This document shows positions 25,945-39,941 of a DNA stretch of 64,000 bases, piece after piece (the first letter of the stretch is position 1; every line of letters starts with the position of its first letter). The position numbers and the translations under genes are program-made. The stretch spans positions 16,616,001 to 16,680,000 of the forward strand of contig NC_134469.1 of NCBI RefSeq assembly GCF_964194025.1, written 5' to 3'. Below the pieces are notes generated by a model. The model saw nothing but the letters and a program-made list of their open reading frames with translations, did not search any database and was not told the origin of the DNA. Origin of the DNA: Convolutriloba macropyga (Eukaryota).

Positions 25945-27016
25945 AAACATACCCGGCAGATTGCCGGAAAATAGCCGCCGTTGATTCCAATAAGCATGAT
26001 TGGGATTGAAAGAAGAGAAGATATTGAAAAAAAAATTTTTGTACAAAAACATTTTTTAAGTGCGATTTATTTTAATGGCATTTCGTAGTTGAAGATAACG
26101 TACTTCTGTTTCTTAGAGAGAGGCTACAGGGGCTACTATCAATACCAATAAGCATTAGAGATGGTAACTAAGACTTATAGGAACGACGTTCAAATAGCGG
26201 GCATCTAAAATTGGGCTTTATGGGTTTATCCCGTTTCTACTTCTGACTTCAATTTTTATACTGACTCTGTTCATTTTGAATTGCTTTGCTGAGCAACTGA
26301 TGTTCAAAATCACTTTTAGCAGAATGAGAGAAGAGAGAAACTAGTCTAGAGAAGTCAAAAAGATATCACGCAAAATGTTGAAAAAGCGGCAAAATGAGGT
26401 AAAGCGAAAAATTTTTTTATTCGACGAAGTAAAACATACACGGCAGATTGCCGGAAAATAGCCGCCGTTGATTCCAATAAGCATGATTGGGATTGAACGA
26501 ATAGAATATATTGAAAAAAAAAGATTTTTGTACAAAAATATTTTTTAAGTCCGATTTATTTTGATGGCATTTCGTAGTTGAACATACTTCTGTTTCTTCG
26601 AGAGAGGCTACAGGGGCTACTATCAACACCAATAAGCATTAGAGGTGGTAACTAAGACTTATAGGAACGACGTTCAAATAGCGGGCATCTAAAATTGGGC
26701 TTTATGGGTTTATCCCGTTTCTATTTCTGACTTCAATTTTTTATACCGACTCTGTTCATTTTGAATTGCTTTGCTTAGCAACTGATGTTCAAATTCACTT
26801 TTAGCAGAATGAGAGAAGAGAGAAACTAGCCTAGAGAAGTCAAAAAGATTTCACGCAAAATGTCGAAAAAGCGGCAAAATGGTAAAGCGAAAAAAAGTTT
26901 GACGAAGTAAAAAAAAAATACGAGCGCAATAATAGCCGGCTGAGAAGATGAGGGCGGCTATTAAAAAAAAAAATAGGAGCGCTATAATAGCCGGCTGAGA
27001 AGATGAGGCGGCTATT
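25945..27016 (-). mobile_element. Head-to-tail dimer of the same family-1 element with a doubled terminus, in SHMT intron 2
   Basis: Two ~487-bp bodies (starts 25945 and 26432) nearly identical to 56290-56832, followed by two copies of the aatagccggctgagaagatgag(g)gcggctatt end. Confidence 0.85.
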
Positions 27017-27235
27017 AATAATATCAAACACAAAATTTTTATTGAAAGAGTTGACAATTTCCAAAACCTTATCATTGTTCTGGCTTTACTCCAATTTGAT
27101 TTTTGATTGGAAACTATAACATATAAGTTGACATCATCAAAACTTTATATTGACTTGAAACTCCAAAGCCTGAAAGAACGGCATAACTATTTGAAACAAG
27201 CAGTCACAGCAACCGAACTGCACAATCCCACCAAC

Positions 27236-27647
27236 CTGCAATGATGATTTTGGGTTTGAACAACTTTGCCTGCTCCTCTAATTTGTCATAGTCAATCAGG
27301 CCACTCTCTGGATCCACTTTATACGGCAGGGACTCAAAATAGATAGACGTAGCTGAGATCTTTTTCTTCTCCGTGTAGAACCCGTGTGTCAAGTGGCCAC
27401 CATCGGGAAGATCCAGACCCATAATTCTACCATGAGGTCCTACCAGAGCTGTATACACAGCGAAGTTAGCTGGTGATCCAGAATATGGCTGTACATTGAC
27501 TCCCCAACTGTCGGAGTCCAGTCGATACGCTTCCAGCGCCCTCTTCTGGCAGAGAAGTTCCATTTGGTCAATGAACTTCTGACCTCCATAATATCTGGTT
27601 CCAGGATAGCCTTCTGAGTATCTGTTCTGCATGCAAGATGCCAGCGC
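27236..27647 (-). CDS. SHMT: SHMT exon 2
   Basis: [22 protein letters not shown]...[17 protein letters not shown]...[13 protein letters not shown]. Acceptor tttag 27648-27649, donor 27234-27235; phase 0 to 1. Confidence 0.96.
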
Positions 27648-30600
27648 CTAAATAGTCCTCAATATAATATCCCACTGCTACATCCCGCTACATAGAACTG
27701 CATCTATGTCGCAATGCACTGTAACATTTCATCAGATTTAATCGACCAGAAACTCCAATATCTGTACAACTGTTTCACTCGACTCCACGGGATATCTGTC
27801 GATCTGACTAATGAGAAAACGCGACATGAGAAAACTCTAAAGTAACAGATAGCAGCAAGATTAGACCTCATTTTTTTTTAATGTAAATATATATATTTTC
27901 TGTTCATACGCGTGCCTAATTTTTGATAAACTGAAATCTAAGATGACGTCTATAGACTTCATCTTAGATTTCCGTTGATGAAAAATAAAGCACGCGAATA
28001 AAGAAAAAAAATCTTTAAAAACAGCAGAAATAACGTGACGGACAAATTGCGAAAAAGATACGAAAGGATGAAGAGTTGCTTTTAAGACACCCTGAAAAAA
28101 TGAAAAAGATCTTTAAAATTGACAAAAATTTCCAACAGAAATACTATAAAATAATAAAAAAAACAATAGAAATACTATATAAAATTTCACTTTGATCACA
28201 AGAGTTAAAATTTTACCTTCAACAAGTTTTTTGCAACCCCAATTAAACTAGGGTTTAACGACTGATGGACTAAGGACAGACTTTTTGGGTGATGTATGTC
28301 ATGCGCGATGAAAATGGTTTATCGCTCTAAAGCAAAACCCAGATTTACTCTAAGAATGAATAGAACTTAAGCTCACATTTAAATGATTCAGAAGCCGAAC
28401 TGTCCCAAAAGAATCAACTTTTGACTTGAATTCAAACCATTGGAGACGGCTCAAAATTTTGAACCAAACAAATGGCAAATTTTCCAAAACATCTTCAATT
28501 TCCTTGAATGTCACTGTAAAGAAACTGAAATTCTATAACCACAACCAAATGCTGTATGACGAATTGCTCTCATACCCATACCACTTAACTTACGTGGGAC
28601 TCAAGTGGGAAATTTAGATGTCAAACAAGTTCTTGTTCCAATGATTATCTTGTTTGAATAAATGATAGCAAATTAGTAGTGGCGAAAGGAAAGGAACTAT
28701 AAAGGTTCCCTTACAAATAAAACCAAAATTCTTTCACAATCAAAAAACTATTCAATTGTTCGATTTACAGAAAAGCCTACGCATGGATAAGATGAATTCG
28801 ATTAGCAATTTCAAAATACATAGGTGAAAATTGTGTTCCTAATTTTCGAAAAAAATTATGAACATTTCTATTGAATTCTTCAACCTGACAAACCATAAAC
28901 TCTCTAAGTCTCAAATTTTTCCGTGGTGGATTATAACAGAGGAGGTTATTTCGAACAATCTGATTTCCATCTTTTCTTTTCAATAATGAATTTGGTTGAT
29001 TTGATGTTAATTCGACGGAACCGGTATATTTTTAGGTTTATATATCTCCGCGGTTTTGAAAAAAAAATTGAAATGATTAGTTTTGACAAAATTAGAAATG
29101 TTCGCAAATACAACTCTTAGAAGTTAAAAAGGAGTACATTTTTCCGCTTTTAGTTTTACACTTTGAAAAATGATATTTATTATTTTGAGATCTCGGTCTT
29201 TAAATTGGTGCAGGTCTACTATTTTCCAAAAATCTGTTCAATACAGAGACAGAGACTGATAAGAAAGTATTCTCTAACGAAAGGTTGATAACATTTTCAA
29301 AATTTTTGGTCAAATAGTTCAAACTGTTAAATTTTAAGCTTGAAACTATAAAGAATTAACCGTGACCAATGAAAATCAATTAAACCTAACTAAATATACA
29401 ACAAATTTCTCCGTTCGTTATCTTCAATTGCAACGCGATCTGTCACCCCCCTCCACAAGGAAAAAGTGTTTTTTTTCCACCAACATCCGTAAAAGGTAAT
29501 AAAATTATTTTGAATATTTGTGGGAACCAGTACAAACAAATTTGGCAGATTGCCAGAAAACAGCCGCAAAAGATTTGTAGATCTGCAATCTCAAAAAAAT
29601 ATTCAAAAGAAATTTGTCATTAAATGCTGAGATGTTAAATTTTCATTATAAATCTGTATAACTTATTGCTGCTTCTATTAGCAGCTCTTAAATAACCGCC
29701 AATTTAAGTGACACACACTTGACATTTCATTTCCGAATTAAAGTCAATTTCAGAGTGAGGAAGTCATTTTTGAGAGTGAGGTAAGACACGTGTGACACAA
29801 AACTCATTCACGCGAATGAACAACAAATTGCTCCAATAAGAGTGAAAAATGACGTCATCCACGCAATTCAGTTGGAATTGCATGATGAGCAAAACAGAAC
29901 AAAAGGCAGATTTGAAGTTGTTGACGTCATATGGTCGTAACAAAAATCTTGACCACGAAAAAGAATAGCCGCAAAAATTCCGGAAACGACTCGAAGATTT
30001 GTCTTCGGGGAAAGGTCACCTTTTAAATCAACTGGCACTCTGACTACTAAAAACAAAAAAAAATCAGTCAAAAATGGAGATAGCCAACTGAACTGAACTA
30101 AAAACATCAGTACTCGTATTTATAAAACAAGCGATATTTCTTGGACGCAATTGGTAAATATCGAAGTAGGCGAGCAGCAAAACTAAAGCTAAGTTAGGCT
30201 CCCAAAACTTTATTTTGGAATACTACAAGAATTGACCAAAAAATAGTACAAAAATTATCAATTTCCATGAATTCTCTTAATCGAAACACCATTTTAAAAT
30301 ATAAAAAACAGTATTCAATTGGTAACTACATAAATTTTGTCGCCTTAACTAAAAACATTAGCCGAATCACAATGAACGCGATAAAACCAAAACGACCCGA
30401 AAACAATCAAATCGAAATTAGTCAAGAAAAAGACTAAAGAGACAGAACAATATTAAAACGCAAAAATTCATAAGTTAACAAAACCAAGCCCTAAGAAGAC
30501 GTGCAGAAAAAGTGTTGTTCAAAATTTTACAAAAAAAACAGTAATCAATTGGTAACTAAAAAATCTTTGTCGCCTTAACCAAAAAAATTAGCCGTCGGTT

Positions 30601-33600
30601 TATATCACAATGAACGCGATAAAGATAAACAATGAGCAAAAAATAATCAAATCAAAACTAATCATGAAAGACTAAAAAAGAAAGAACAACATTCAAAAGC
30701 AAAAATTCAGAAGTCACCAAAACCAAGCCCCCCTAAGAAGACGTGCATAAAACGTGTTGTCAAAAGTTTGTGAAAACAAGCTAGCAAAACCTCAGTGCCA
30801 TATGTAAATTTTTTTGTAAATATAACTTTTCTGTTCATTCGCGTGCCTAATTTTCGACAAACTGAAATCTACGATGACGTCTAGAGACTTCAACTTAGAT
30901 TTCCAAAAGCTCCTAGATAAAAAACCATGCGAATGAACAAAATATATTTTCAATAAAAGCAGAAAAAAGGACATATTTAGAAAAAGCTACCAAAGGATGA
31001 AGAGTTACCTTTCAGACACCCTGAAAAAATGAAAAAGACCAAACATTCTGGCAGAGAAGTTCCATTTGGTCAATGAACTTCTGACCTCCATAATATCTGG
31101 TTCCAGGATAGCCTTCTGAGTATCTGTTCTGCATGCAAGATGCCAGCGCCTAAATAGTCCTCAATATAATATCCCACTGCTACATCCCGCTACATAGAAC
31201 TGCATCTATGTCGCAATGCACTGTAACATTTCATCAGATTTAATCGACCAGAAACTCCAATATCTGTACAACTGTTTCACTCGACTCCACGGGATATCTG
31301 TCGATCTGACTAATGAGAAAACGCGACATGAGAAAACTCTAAAGTAACAGATAGCAGCAAGATTAGACCTCATTTTTTTTTAATGTAAATATATATATTT
31401 TCTGTTCATACGCGTGCCTAATTTTTGATAAACTGAAATCTAAGATGACGTCTATAGACTTCATCTTAGATTTCCGTTGATGAAAAATAAAGCACGCGAA
31501 TAAAGAAAAAAAATCTTTAAAAACAGCAGAAATAACGTGACGGACAAATTGCGAAAAAGATACGAAAGGATGAAGAGTTGCTTTTAAGACACCCTGAAAA
31601 AATGAAAAAGATCTTTAAAATTGACAAAAATTTCCAACAGAAATACTATAAAATAATAAAAAAAACAATAGAAATACTATATAAAATTTCACTTTGATCA
31701 CAAGAGTTAAAATTTTACCTTCAACAAGTTTTTTGCAACCCCAATTAAACTAGAGTTTAACGACTGATGGACTAAGGACAGACTTTTTGGGTGATGTATG
31801 TCATGCGCGATGAAAATGGCTTATCGCTCTAAGGCAAAACCCAGATTTACTCTAAGAATGAATAGAATTTAAGCTCACATTTAAATGATTCAGATGCCAA
31901 AATGTCACAAAAGAATCAACCTTTGACTTGAATTCAAACCACGGAAGACGGCTCAAAATTTTGAACGAAACAAATGGCAAATTTTCCAAAACGTCTTCAA
32001 TTTCCTTGAATGTCACTGTAAAGAAACTGAAATTCTATAACCACAACCAAATGCTGTATGACGAATTGCTCTCATACCCATACCACTTTATTTACGTGGG
32101 ACTCAAGCGGGAAATTTAGTTGTCAAACAAGTTCGTGTTCCAATGATTAACTTGTTTTGAATAAAAGATAGCCAATTAGTAGTGGGGAAAGGAAAACTAT
32201 AAAGGTTCCCTCACAAATAAAACTAAATTTGTTTCACAATCAATTGTTCGATTTACAGAAATGCCTACGGCTGGATAACATGAATTCGATGAGCAATTTC
32301 AACACATTGGTGAGAAATTTCTTCCTAATTTTCGAAAAGAATTATGAACATTTGTATTACTTTTTTTAACCTGGCAAACCATAAATTCTATCTCAAATTT
32401 TTCTGTGGTGCATTATACTAGAGGAGGTTAGTTCGAACAATCTGCTCTGACAATATACAGAAAAAATGAAAAAGATTTCAATCTTTTCTTTTCAATAATG
32501 AATTTGGTTGATGTGATGTTCACTCCATGGAACCTGTTTATTGTTAGGTTTATATATATATCCGCGGTTTTGAAAAAACAATGAAACGGTTAGTTTTGAC
32601 AAAATCAGAAGAAATGTTTGCAAAAACAACTCTAGAATTTTGAGCGGAGTACATTTTTCCGCTTTGTTTTACAATTTGAAAAATGATATTTGCTATTTTG
32701 AGAGCTCGGTCTTTAAATTGCTTCCGGTCTACTCTTTTTCAAAACCTGTTTAATACAGAGAAAAATTGGTTCTTATAAAAATTCAATCAGCAGAAAACAG
32801 ACTGATAAGAAAGTATTCTCTAACGAAATGTTGAAACATTTTAGAAACTTTTGGTCAAATAAATCAAACCGTTTGTTATCTTCAAATTCAACACGATCTG
32901 TCACCCCCCTTCACAAGGAAAAAGTGTTTTTTTTCCACCAACATCCGTAAAAGGTAATAAAATTATTTTGAATATTTGAGGGAACCAGTACAAACAAATT
33001 TGGCAGATTGCCAGAAAACAGCCGCAAAGGATTTGTAGATCTGCAATCTCAAAAAAATATTCAAAGAAAAAGACAAAAGAAATTTGTCATTAAATGCTGA
33101 GATGTTAAATTTTCATTATGAATCTGTATCACTTATTGCTGCTTCTATTAGCTTCTCTTAAATAACCTGCAATTAAAGTGACACACACTCACTTGACCTT
33201 TTACTTCGGAATTAAATTTAAAAGTCAATTTCAGACTGAGGAAGCCATTTGACAAAAAACTCATTGACGCGAATGAACAAAAAAACTCGCTGTATTAAGA
33301 GTGAAAATGACGTCAGGCACGCAATGCAGTTGGAATTGCATGATTAACAAAACTGAACAAAAGGCAGATTTTCAGAGGTTGTGACATCATATGGTCGTAA
33401 CAAAAATCTTGACAAAAAACAACAGCCGCACAAATTCCGGAAACGACTCAAAGGTTTGTCTTCGGGAAAAGGTTACCTTTTAAATCAACTGGCACTCTGA
33501 CTACTAAAAACAAAAAAAATAGTCAAAAATGGAGATAGCCCATAAAACCAACTGAACTAAAAACAACAGTACTCGTATTTATAAAACAAGCCAAATTTTT

Positions 33601-34022
33601 TTGGACGGAATTGGTAAATACCGAATTAGGCGAGCAGCAAAACTAAAGCTAAGTTAGGCTCCCAAAACTTTATTTTGGAATACTACAAGAATTGACCAAA
33701 AAATATTACAAAAATTATCAATTTCCATGAATTCTCTTAATCGAAACACCATTTTAAAATATAAAAAACAGTATTCAATTGGTAACTACATAAACTTTGT
33801 CGCCTTAACTAAAAACATTAGCCGAATCACAATGAACGCGATAAAACCAAAACGACCCGAAAACAATCAAATCGAAATTAGTCAAGAAAATGACTAAAGA
33901 GACAGAACAATATTCAAACGCAAAAATTCATAAGTTAACAAAACCAAGCCCTAAGAAGACGTGCAGAAAAAGTGTTGTTCAAAATTTATAAAAGCGAGCT
34001 AGCAAAACCTCAGTGCCATATG
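27544..34022. repeat. Compound tandem duplication in SHMT intron 1
   Basis: Older diverged pair ~27882-30803 / ~30813-34022, plus a recent essentially identical copy of 27544-~28250 at 31046-~31750. Confidence 0.85.
31046..31149 (-). pseudogene. Duplicated 5' part of SHMT exon 2 with its splice acceptor, inside SHMT intron 1
   Basis: Identical by eye to 27544-27647 (offset 3502), including the acceptor and upstream intron; truncated after ...ELLCQ. Confidence 0.9.
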
Positions 34023-35161
34023 TTAAATACAAAACATTGCGAACAAAAATGTTCGCTTAACGAAAATTTTTCCACACCTACTTTTCTCGCTCTCTCTCTC
34101 TCTCTCAAAATTATATAATAAACAAAAAACCACTCTCTCATCTCTCCCCTTTTCAGCAATTTGAGCTATACACTTTATTTTCACGCCTTTCACTTCCTGT
34201 TTCAAATACACTCCAACAAAATTACTGAACATACTCGAAGATACTTCCGCCAACAAGTAACCTGTCGAATAACTAGTTTCGGATCGTAGTGAGCATCAAA
34301 GACGAGAGAAGACAAAATTTAACTAAAAAGTAATTTAAACCAAAAACAAAAATTCAATTAAATTTTGTAATTTGTACATGTACAAATACGAAGTAAAAAC
34401 AATATTTCAAGAAAGGCAAAAACACGGGAAACAACTTACTTGATCACACAAATTCGGAAAAGAGCCAAAAAAACATTTCCAATTTTGAAAAATACAAAAG
34501 ATCGAAAATTTCCAGTTTTTCGCAATTTTTGTCAAAATTCAAAATAGATCTTTTGGTACCAAAAACCTGTATTTAAATTGTAATAGAAACTGCCCACGAG
34601 CATTAAGCTTACATTCAGTGAAAAATAAATTCAATACAATACAATAATAGGCCAGAAACTGCTAAAAAAGGGCCGTAAAACCCGAGAATTAGTTGAAAAA
34701 CCTTAAAATTAGCTTAAAACTCCCTTTAATTACCAAAAACCTTCGAAACGCTATCAAAATAATCTTAAAACTATAACTTAAGTCTGAAATAAACTCTTAG
34801 ACAACATAGAAGTTTCAAAAAACAAAGAAAAACGCTTCAAAATACCGCACGTGAACAAAGAAATGTGCTTGCCTAGCGAAAATTTTTTCAAACCTACATT
34901 TCTCGCTCTGTTTCAAAAGAAGGCATGAACAAAAGAACCACCCTCTCTTTTCTCCGCCCTTCGAATTTGTTCACTAAAACAATTTTTATCTTTATTCACT
35001 CCCTGAACTTCCGGTTTTCTTGCTCGCTCACTTATCGAAAAAACAGAAAACCATAAAGCCTCTTCGAGTCATAAAAAAGACGCTCCACCAATACTCCTCT
35101 TCGAGTCGTAAAAAACACATAGAAGGCCAATAATAGCCCCAGCTATCGCTGTGCGGCTGTT
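32992..35161 (-). mobile_element. Family-1 element with nested family 3 (~33417-35110)
   Basis: Left end tggcagattgcca-gaaaacagccgc. The insert has subTIRs acgactc(g/a)aag and ctcttcgagtcgt; the host end aatagccccagctatcgctgtgcggctgtt follows directly. Confidence 0.65.
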
Positions 35162-35295
35162 AAAGATGCAATTAATAAAGGCTTTCGGTTCTTTCCCAAT
35201 CGTTCACTTTTGATTTACCACGCCGCAATATACTATCTTAACCCCGTCAACAGCTCGTCGGCTACAATTAACAGGAATAAATTTTACCATCTCAC

Positions 35296-35748
35296 CTGAA
35301 GAACCGCCCTTGATGCGAAGTTCTCGGATGCAATCAGCTCAATTTCGTACCTCTGGCGCTTTTTCTCATTCAACATTATCTGGTACACATCGGGATCATC
35401 ATTACTCAGTTCTTTATCACTGATTGAGTACGAGTGTTTCCACCTGTTCAACACTTTCGAATGGTTCCCATTCAGTTCTTCTTTCCCGTTGGAAAGAACT
35501 CCATTGCTCGCGTGCGGGGATGACGTATTAACCATATTTCCTGATCTATAGAAGTGACAATAACTTCGGCTAAAGTGTAAATTAATAGATGAAGGTTTAA
35601 CAGCCCTGTGAAAAGAATGTGAAATGTTAAAAATAGGGCTAAGAGGGTTAGTTTCAGATAGATAAGACAAAGATAATATAGTTTTGACAGATTGTGTTAG
35701 AGTAGAAGTAGCAGCTCTAGATAAAGAGCTTCGCGTGGCTTGAATCAT
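35296..35748 (-). CDS. SHMT: SHMT exon 1 (presequence-like extension plus start of catalytic domain; second in-frame ATG at 35533-35535)
   Basis: DPDVYQIMLNEKKRQRYEIELIASENFASRAVLQ; donor cag|gtgag 35294-35295. The first in-frame ATG is 35746-35748, with an in-frame stop upstream at 35812-35814. Confidence 0.88.
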
Positions 35749-38700
35749 TTGGCTCTGAAAGAAGCGATGCGCTATGTCGGACACCGCTTTTGAACTACTA
35801 ATTTCGCCAGATTACAAATGAGAATGTTGTGATAAAACCCTTCTTAACTAAGTACACCTTATTCACTGACATGAAACAAATAAGCGTTCACAGTTGAGCT
35901 TCTGAGCTAAGATTTGTATCAAACATACAGGAAATTCAACTACTGTGAGTTTTACATGTGCATTTTGATAACAGATCTGCTATTGTAGGCACTTCTTAAT
36001 ACTATAAAGCGATTGAAGCCATCTCAGGTGGCGGCCATGTTGAGTCAAAATAATATTGCCCAAACACCCTCCCTTGTTATACTGATATATGCATTACGCT
36101 TTAAACCAGTTTCTATTGACCTTCAAATTGTCAGCATCACATCTTGACACAGCAGATTTCATTTATGAATTATCGAGAACTAGATCAGGATTCACAGCAG
36201 ATGTCAAACACTCTTTGTTTTGAGACAAAATTTTTAGATATAACATTTTCAGGCATATCATTAGCTGTAATTCTGAAAAAAGTGAGCCATATTCACCACA
36301 TATATACGAGCAACTACCCATATTGTTTGTATAATTTGTAATGTGAATAGCAAATCTAATTAGTCATACGCGTTAAGGTAAAAACTGAAAAGCTTCAGAA
36401 CAAAATTTTCACACACTCCAAGAACCTCAATCTCTGCGCCCTCAGTTACTATTTGTTATCTCAATCTGGACCACTTCAAAACAAAAATAAAAATTATGAT
36501 AACTTATAATTATGGACTAGCTTGAGAAGTAACCCTATATATTCAGATAAAAACCCAAATGATGGTTTAACATACTTGAATATTTCAGGGCATATAACTT
36601 ATTTATGAAAATACTCAAATGAAACACCATCAAAAACCAAACGAGATTGATCATGTAAGCGGCATGAAACGTCTTAACAGGGATCTATTCAAAACAAAAA
36701 AAGGATCGTCATTGTGCAAAGAATAAATCTACAATTTTTTTGCCAGAAAGTTATAATTTGTTAAAATTATTACAATAAGAATTATGCTATATAGCCGTTT
36801 CGAAGCAAAACAAAACTTGGCCGTACCAGATGCACTCTCAGAAATAAACTTTATGGTACCATTCGGTTCTGCGATCAAAGCGCCGATAAAATTTGAATCG
36901 TTAATTTGTCTGATTTCAGCCTTTGAGTGGATGCCAAAAGGAAGACTTAGCGCCCATTAAAAACTTTTTCCATTCAGCGTGCATTTTTTTAACTCAATAA
37001 CTATTAGAGACATCCAGTACAGCCAAAAACGAAGTCTAATGAGTCATGAATTTGAGTATCAAAAAGTTTTAGTTGTTTGCCAAGGATGAGAGAGAGCAAA
37101 ACGGATAGCTCTTATGTTGAATATTTGAAGTTTATTGTTTCTGTTCTGCTCAATTTTATAAGCAGATTCGAAAAACGCCAATCCCGTCAGATACAGTTCT
37201 TACGACCATCCTTTTGTCACAGTAATCTTATTCTACAACAATGTTTGGCTATTTGCTATGCTTAAAATGAGTCATGCTTGTCTCTAGAGATGTTTATAAA
37301 TATAAATATGGAACCATTTTATGGAACATAAATATCGACTTAGCGTCTCGATTAGGTTTATGTGCAATTTGAACTCAACGTTTGTGAACGAGAATGCAAT
37401 CTTTTGGTTTTCCATGCCGACAGAATGTAAGCTTTCTGGTCCAACTCAATCATTTGGTTCAAACATAGTAACAAGAAAAAGTCCTGTTAGAACGTTTACG
37501 TTTGGAAACCGGAAATATTTTGGTTTCTTCAATAGATTGGAGCTTACTTGATATATCTGTTAAAAAATAGCTTTATTAAATAATGGTTGGAAACAAATGG
37601 TCAATTTTGACAATCCGTAAAAATTTCATATCTCAATTTGGCTTGGGGTGTAAACTTTCCTGAAGTATTTTATAGACAGAGCAAAAACCAGGTCTGTCAA
37701 GCAACCAAAAATTGGAGCTGATCTAAACAGGAGACACCTCGTACACGGAGCACGTTTGTAGACAAATTTTGGTTTTCTTAAGGAATGGCAGCTGAATCAA
37801 CAATACTAAGTTGCTCCTTTACTGAACTTAGGCAATGACGAAGATATTTTCTGTGCAGTTACTTCCTACGGAATTTTTTTTTCAATCGGAAACTGGAGAC
37901 GAGATTTTTAAATTTTTCAAAAGAAAATATAGCGTACCAGCCGTATCGGCATTGGAAATATAAGTAGTCGTAACACTTTATAACAATGTGACTTCTTAGT
38001 TTTCACAAGGTAATTTACAGAGTGCACGTTCATTCGAAATTGTACATCTTAGAACACAAAACTTTCATCTATAAAACAGCCTGTACCTAACAACTTTGAT
38101 TAAATATGGTGTTTTTATGTGCAATCATTTTGTTTCAAGTGTTTTGACGTTCATTACTGACCGCAGGCTGACACGTACTTCATTGCTGTTTACCTTTTTG
38201 TTGTTCGTATAATCCATTAAAAAAGTGAACGTACCAACTGTATAAAGCGTACGAATACCTTAAGAATTATAAGGCAAAACGTACTAAACCTACTAAATAT
38301 AATAATTATAATTGTTACACGAGTATAATTATTTCAACAAATGTTCACAGCAAATCCTGAAAATCTAATTAAAAACCAAATTATATAAAAAATAGTTACC
38401 ACTTCTTAGTTTTTAACTGTATAATGAGATATAAATCACTATGATATAGGTTCGAAACATTTTTATAAAACGACAATTAAGAATCTTATAATCCTTGATG
38501 GCTTCACACCTAATTCATTTTGACCCTAAAATTGATTATTACATGAGTATCACGATGTTGCTAAAATAGGACATCACTGGAAAATATCAACAAAACAGTG
38601 GTCTGAGTTACTTCATCGGGTTTAAATTTAATAATTGTTATATTAGTAGTACAAAATTAACTGACTAAATTTCAAAAAGATGACAGCAATTTGTAGGATT

Positions 38701-39941
38701 CATCATACTTTTGTTCTATACATAAAAAGCAGTGAATAAAACTTTTCTCTATACTGAAAAAAATCTTAAGTGTAGATTTTCACTTCACAAAAATGGATTG
38801 CATCTTTTCTCGTCTAAACAGTCCGTCAAAAACAACAGCAACATTCTCGAAATATCTAAAGGCGAAAAAAATGTAAAACAGATCTTTCAGTTTTCAGTCA
38901 ATTATTCAAATACATACCTGGCAGATTGACAAAAAAATAGTTGCAAAACTTTTGCAGACGATTTAGTCTAAAAAAACAATAAACAAAATGCGACCCAAGA
39001 AATTAGAGAAAAGAAACAGGATTCGCCTTTAATTGTAATGTGTCAATTGATTGGGACTTATTTACTGCAACGCTGCCCTCAGATATCCTTCACCTTCAAT
39101 TAGATTGACATAAGAATATAATTCTCGTAATTAAAAGCAGCAAAAGTAAAATTCAGACAGAGCAAAAGTAAAATTCAGACAGAGTTATCGTGCCATCACA
39201 CACGTCGTAACATGAAGGCTGACGATGAAAAAAAAATAGATAACATCGGAAGAACTGCTCTCGAACGACTAGTTAGAGCACGAATCAATTACAGCCGGCT
39301 TCAGTTGGGGGCGAAACCAAATTCGAATCTTTTAGATCACGCAAAGTCGATGGCGCAAAAGTCACTCGAGAAGTCAAAACGGTCAAGCAAAAATTTTGCC
39401 TAAAAAGACTAACACGTTCACAATATAATTCAAACTTCGTTCGAGAGCAAATAAAAACCAAGCAACTATAAAAGACGTCTTTAGATTTATGAAAAGCTGG
39501 GGAAATCGTTAGTTTTAAGCGCTAGTTTTTGTTTCTCTAATCAAGTCTCTCTAAAAACTACCAGACCCAAAAAAAAGGTACTTCAGCTTCAAAACTTGCA
39601 CGTTCACAACATGCAAATGAGCTAAAATAGTAACTTTGCTCAACCTCATTGAGCCCTCTCATCCTTCAATTTCAAAACCTGCAAACCCGAAAAACTGTGA
39701 AATAGAACTTTAAATTGATAATGATATCAATCGAATATTCACAAGAAAACTCTTTACTCAGAGTCTCCGTCAAAACCTGGTTTCAGCTTAAACAAAATGA
39801 ACAATCAACATAAAACACCAATTTGGCTGAGAACAAAATTTAGTACGATAGCTCAAGTTCAACTTGAAACAAAATTTGATTTGTTGCAAGATAGATCGGC
39901 TTCCGAACTAGATGGTCTGCAAATCGAAGTAACAATTTGTT

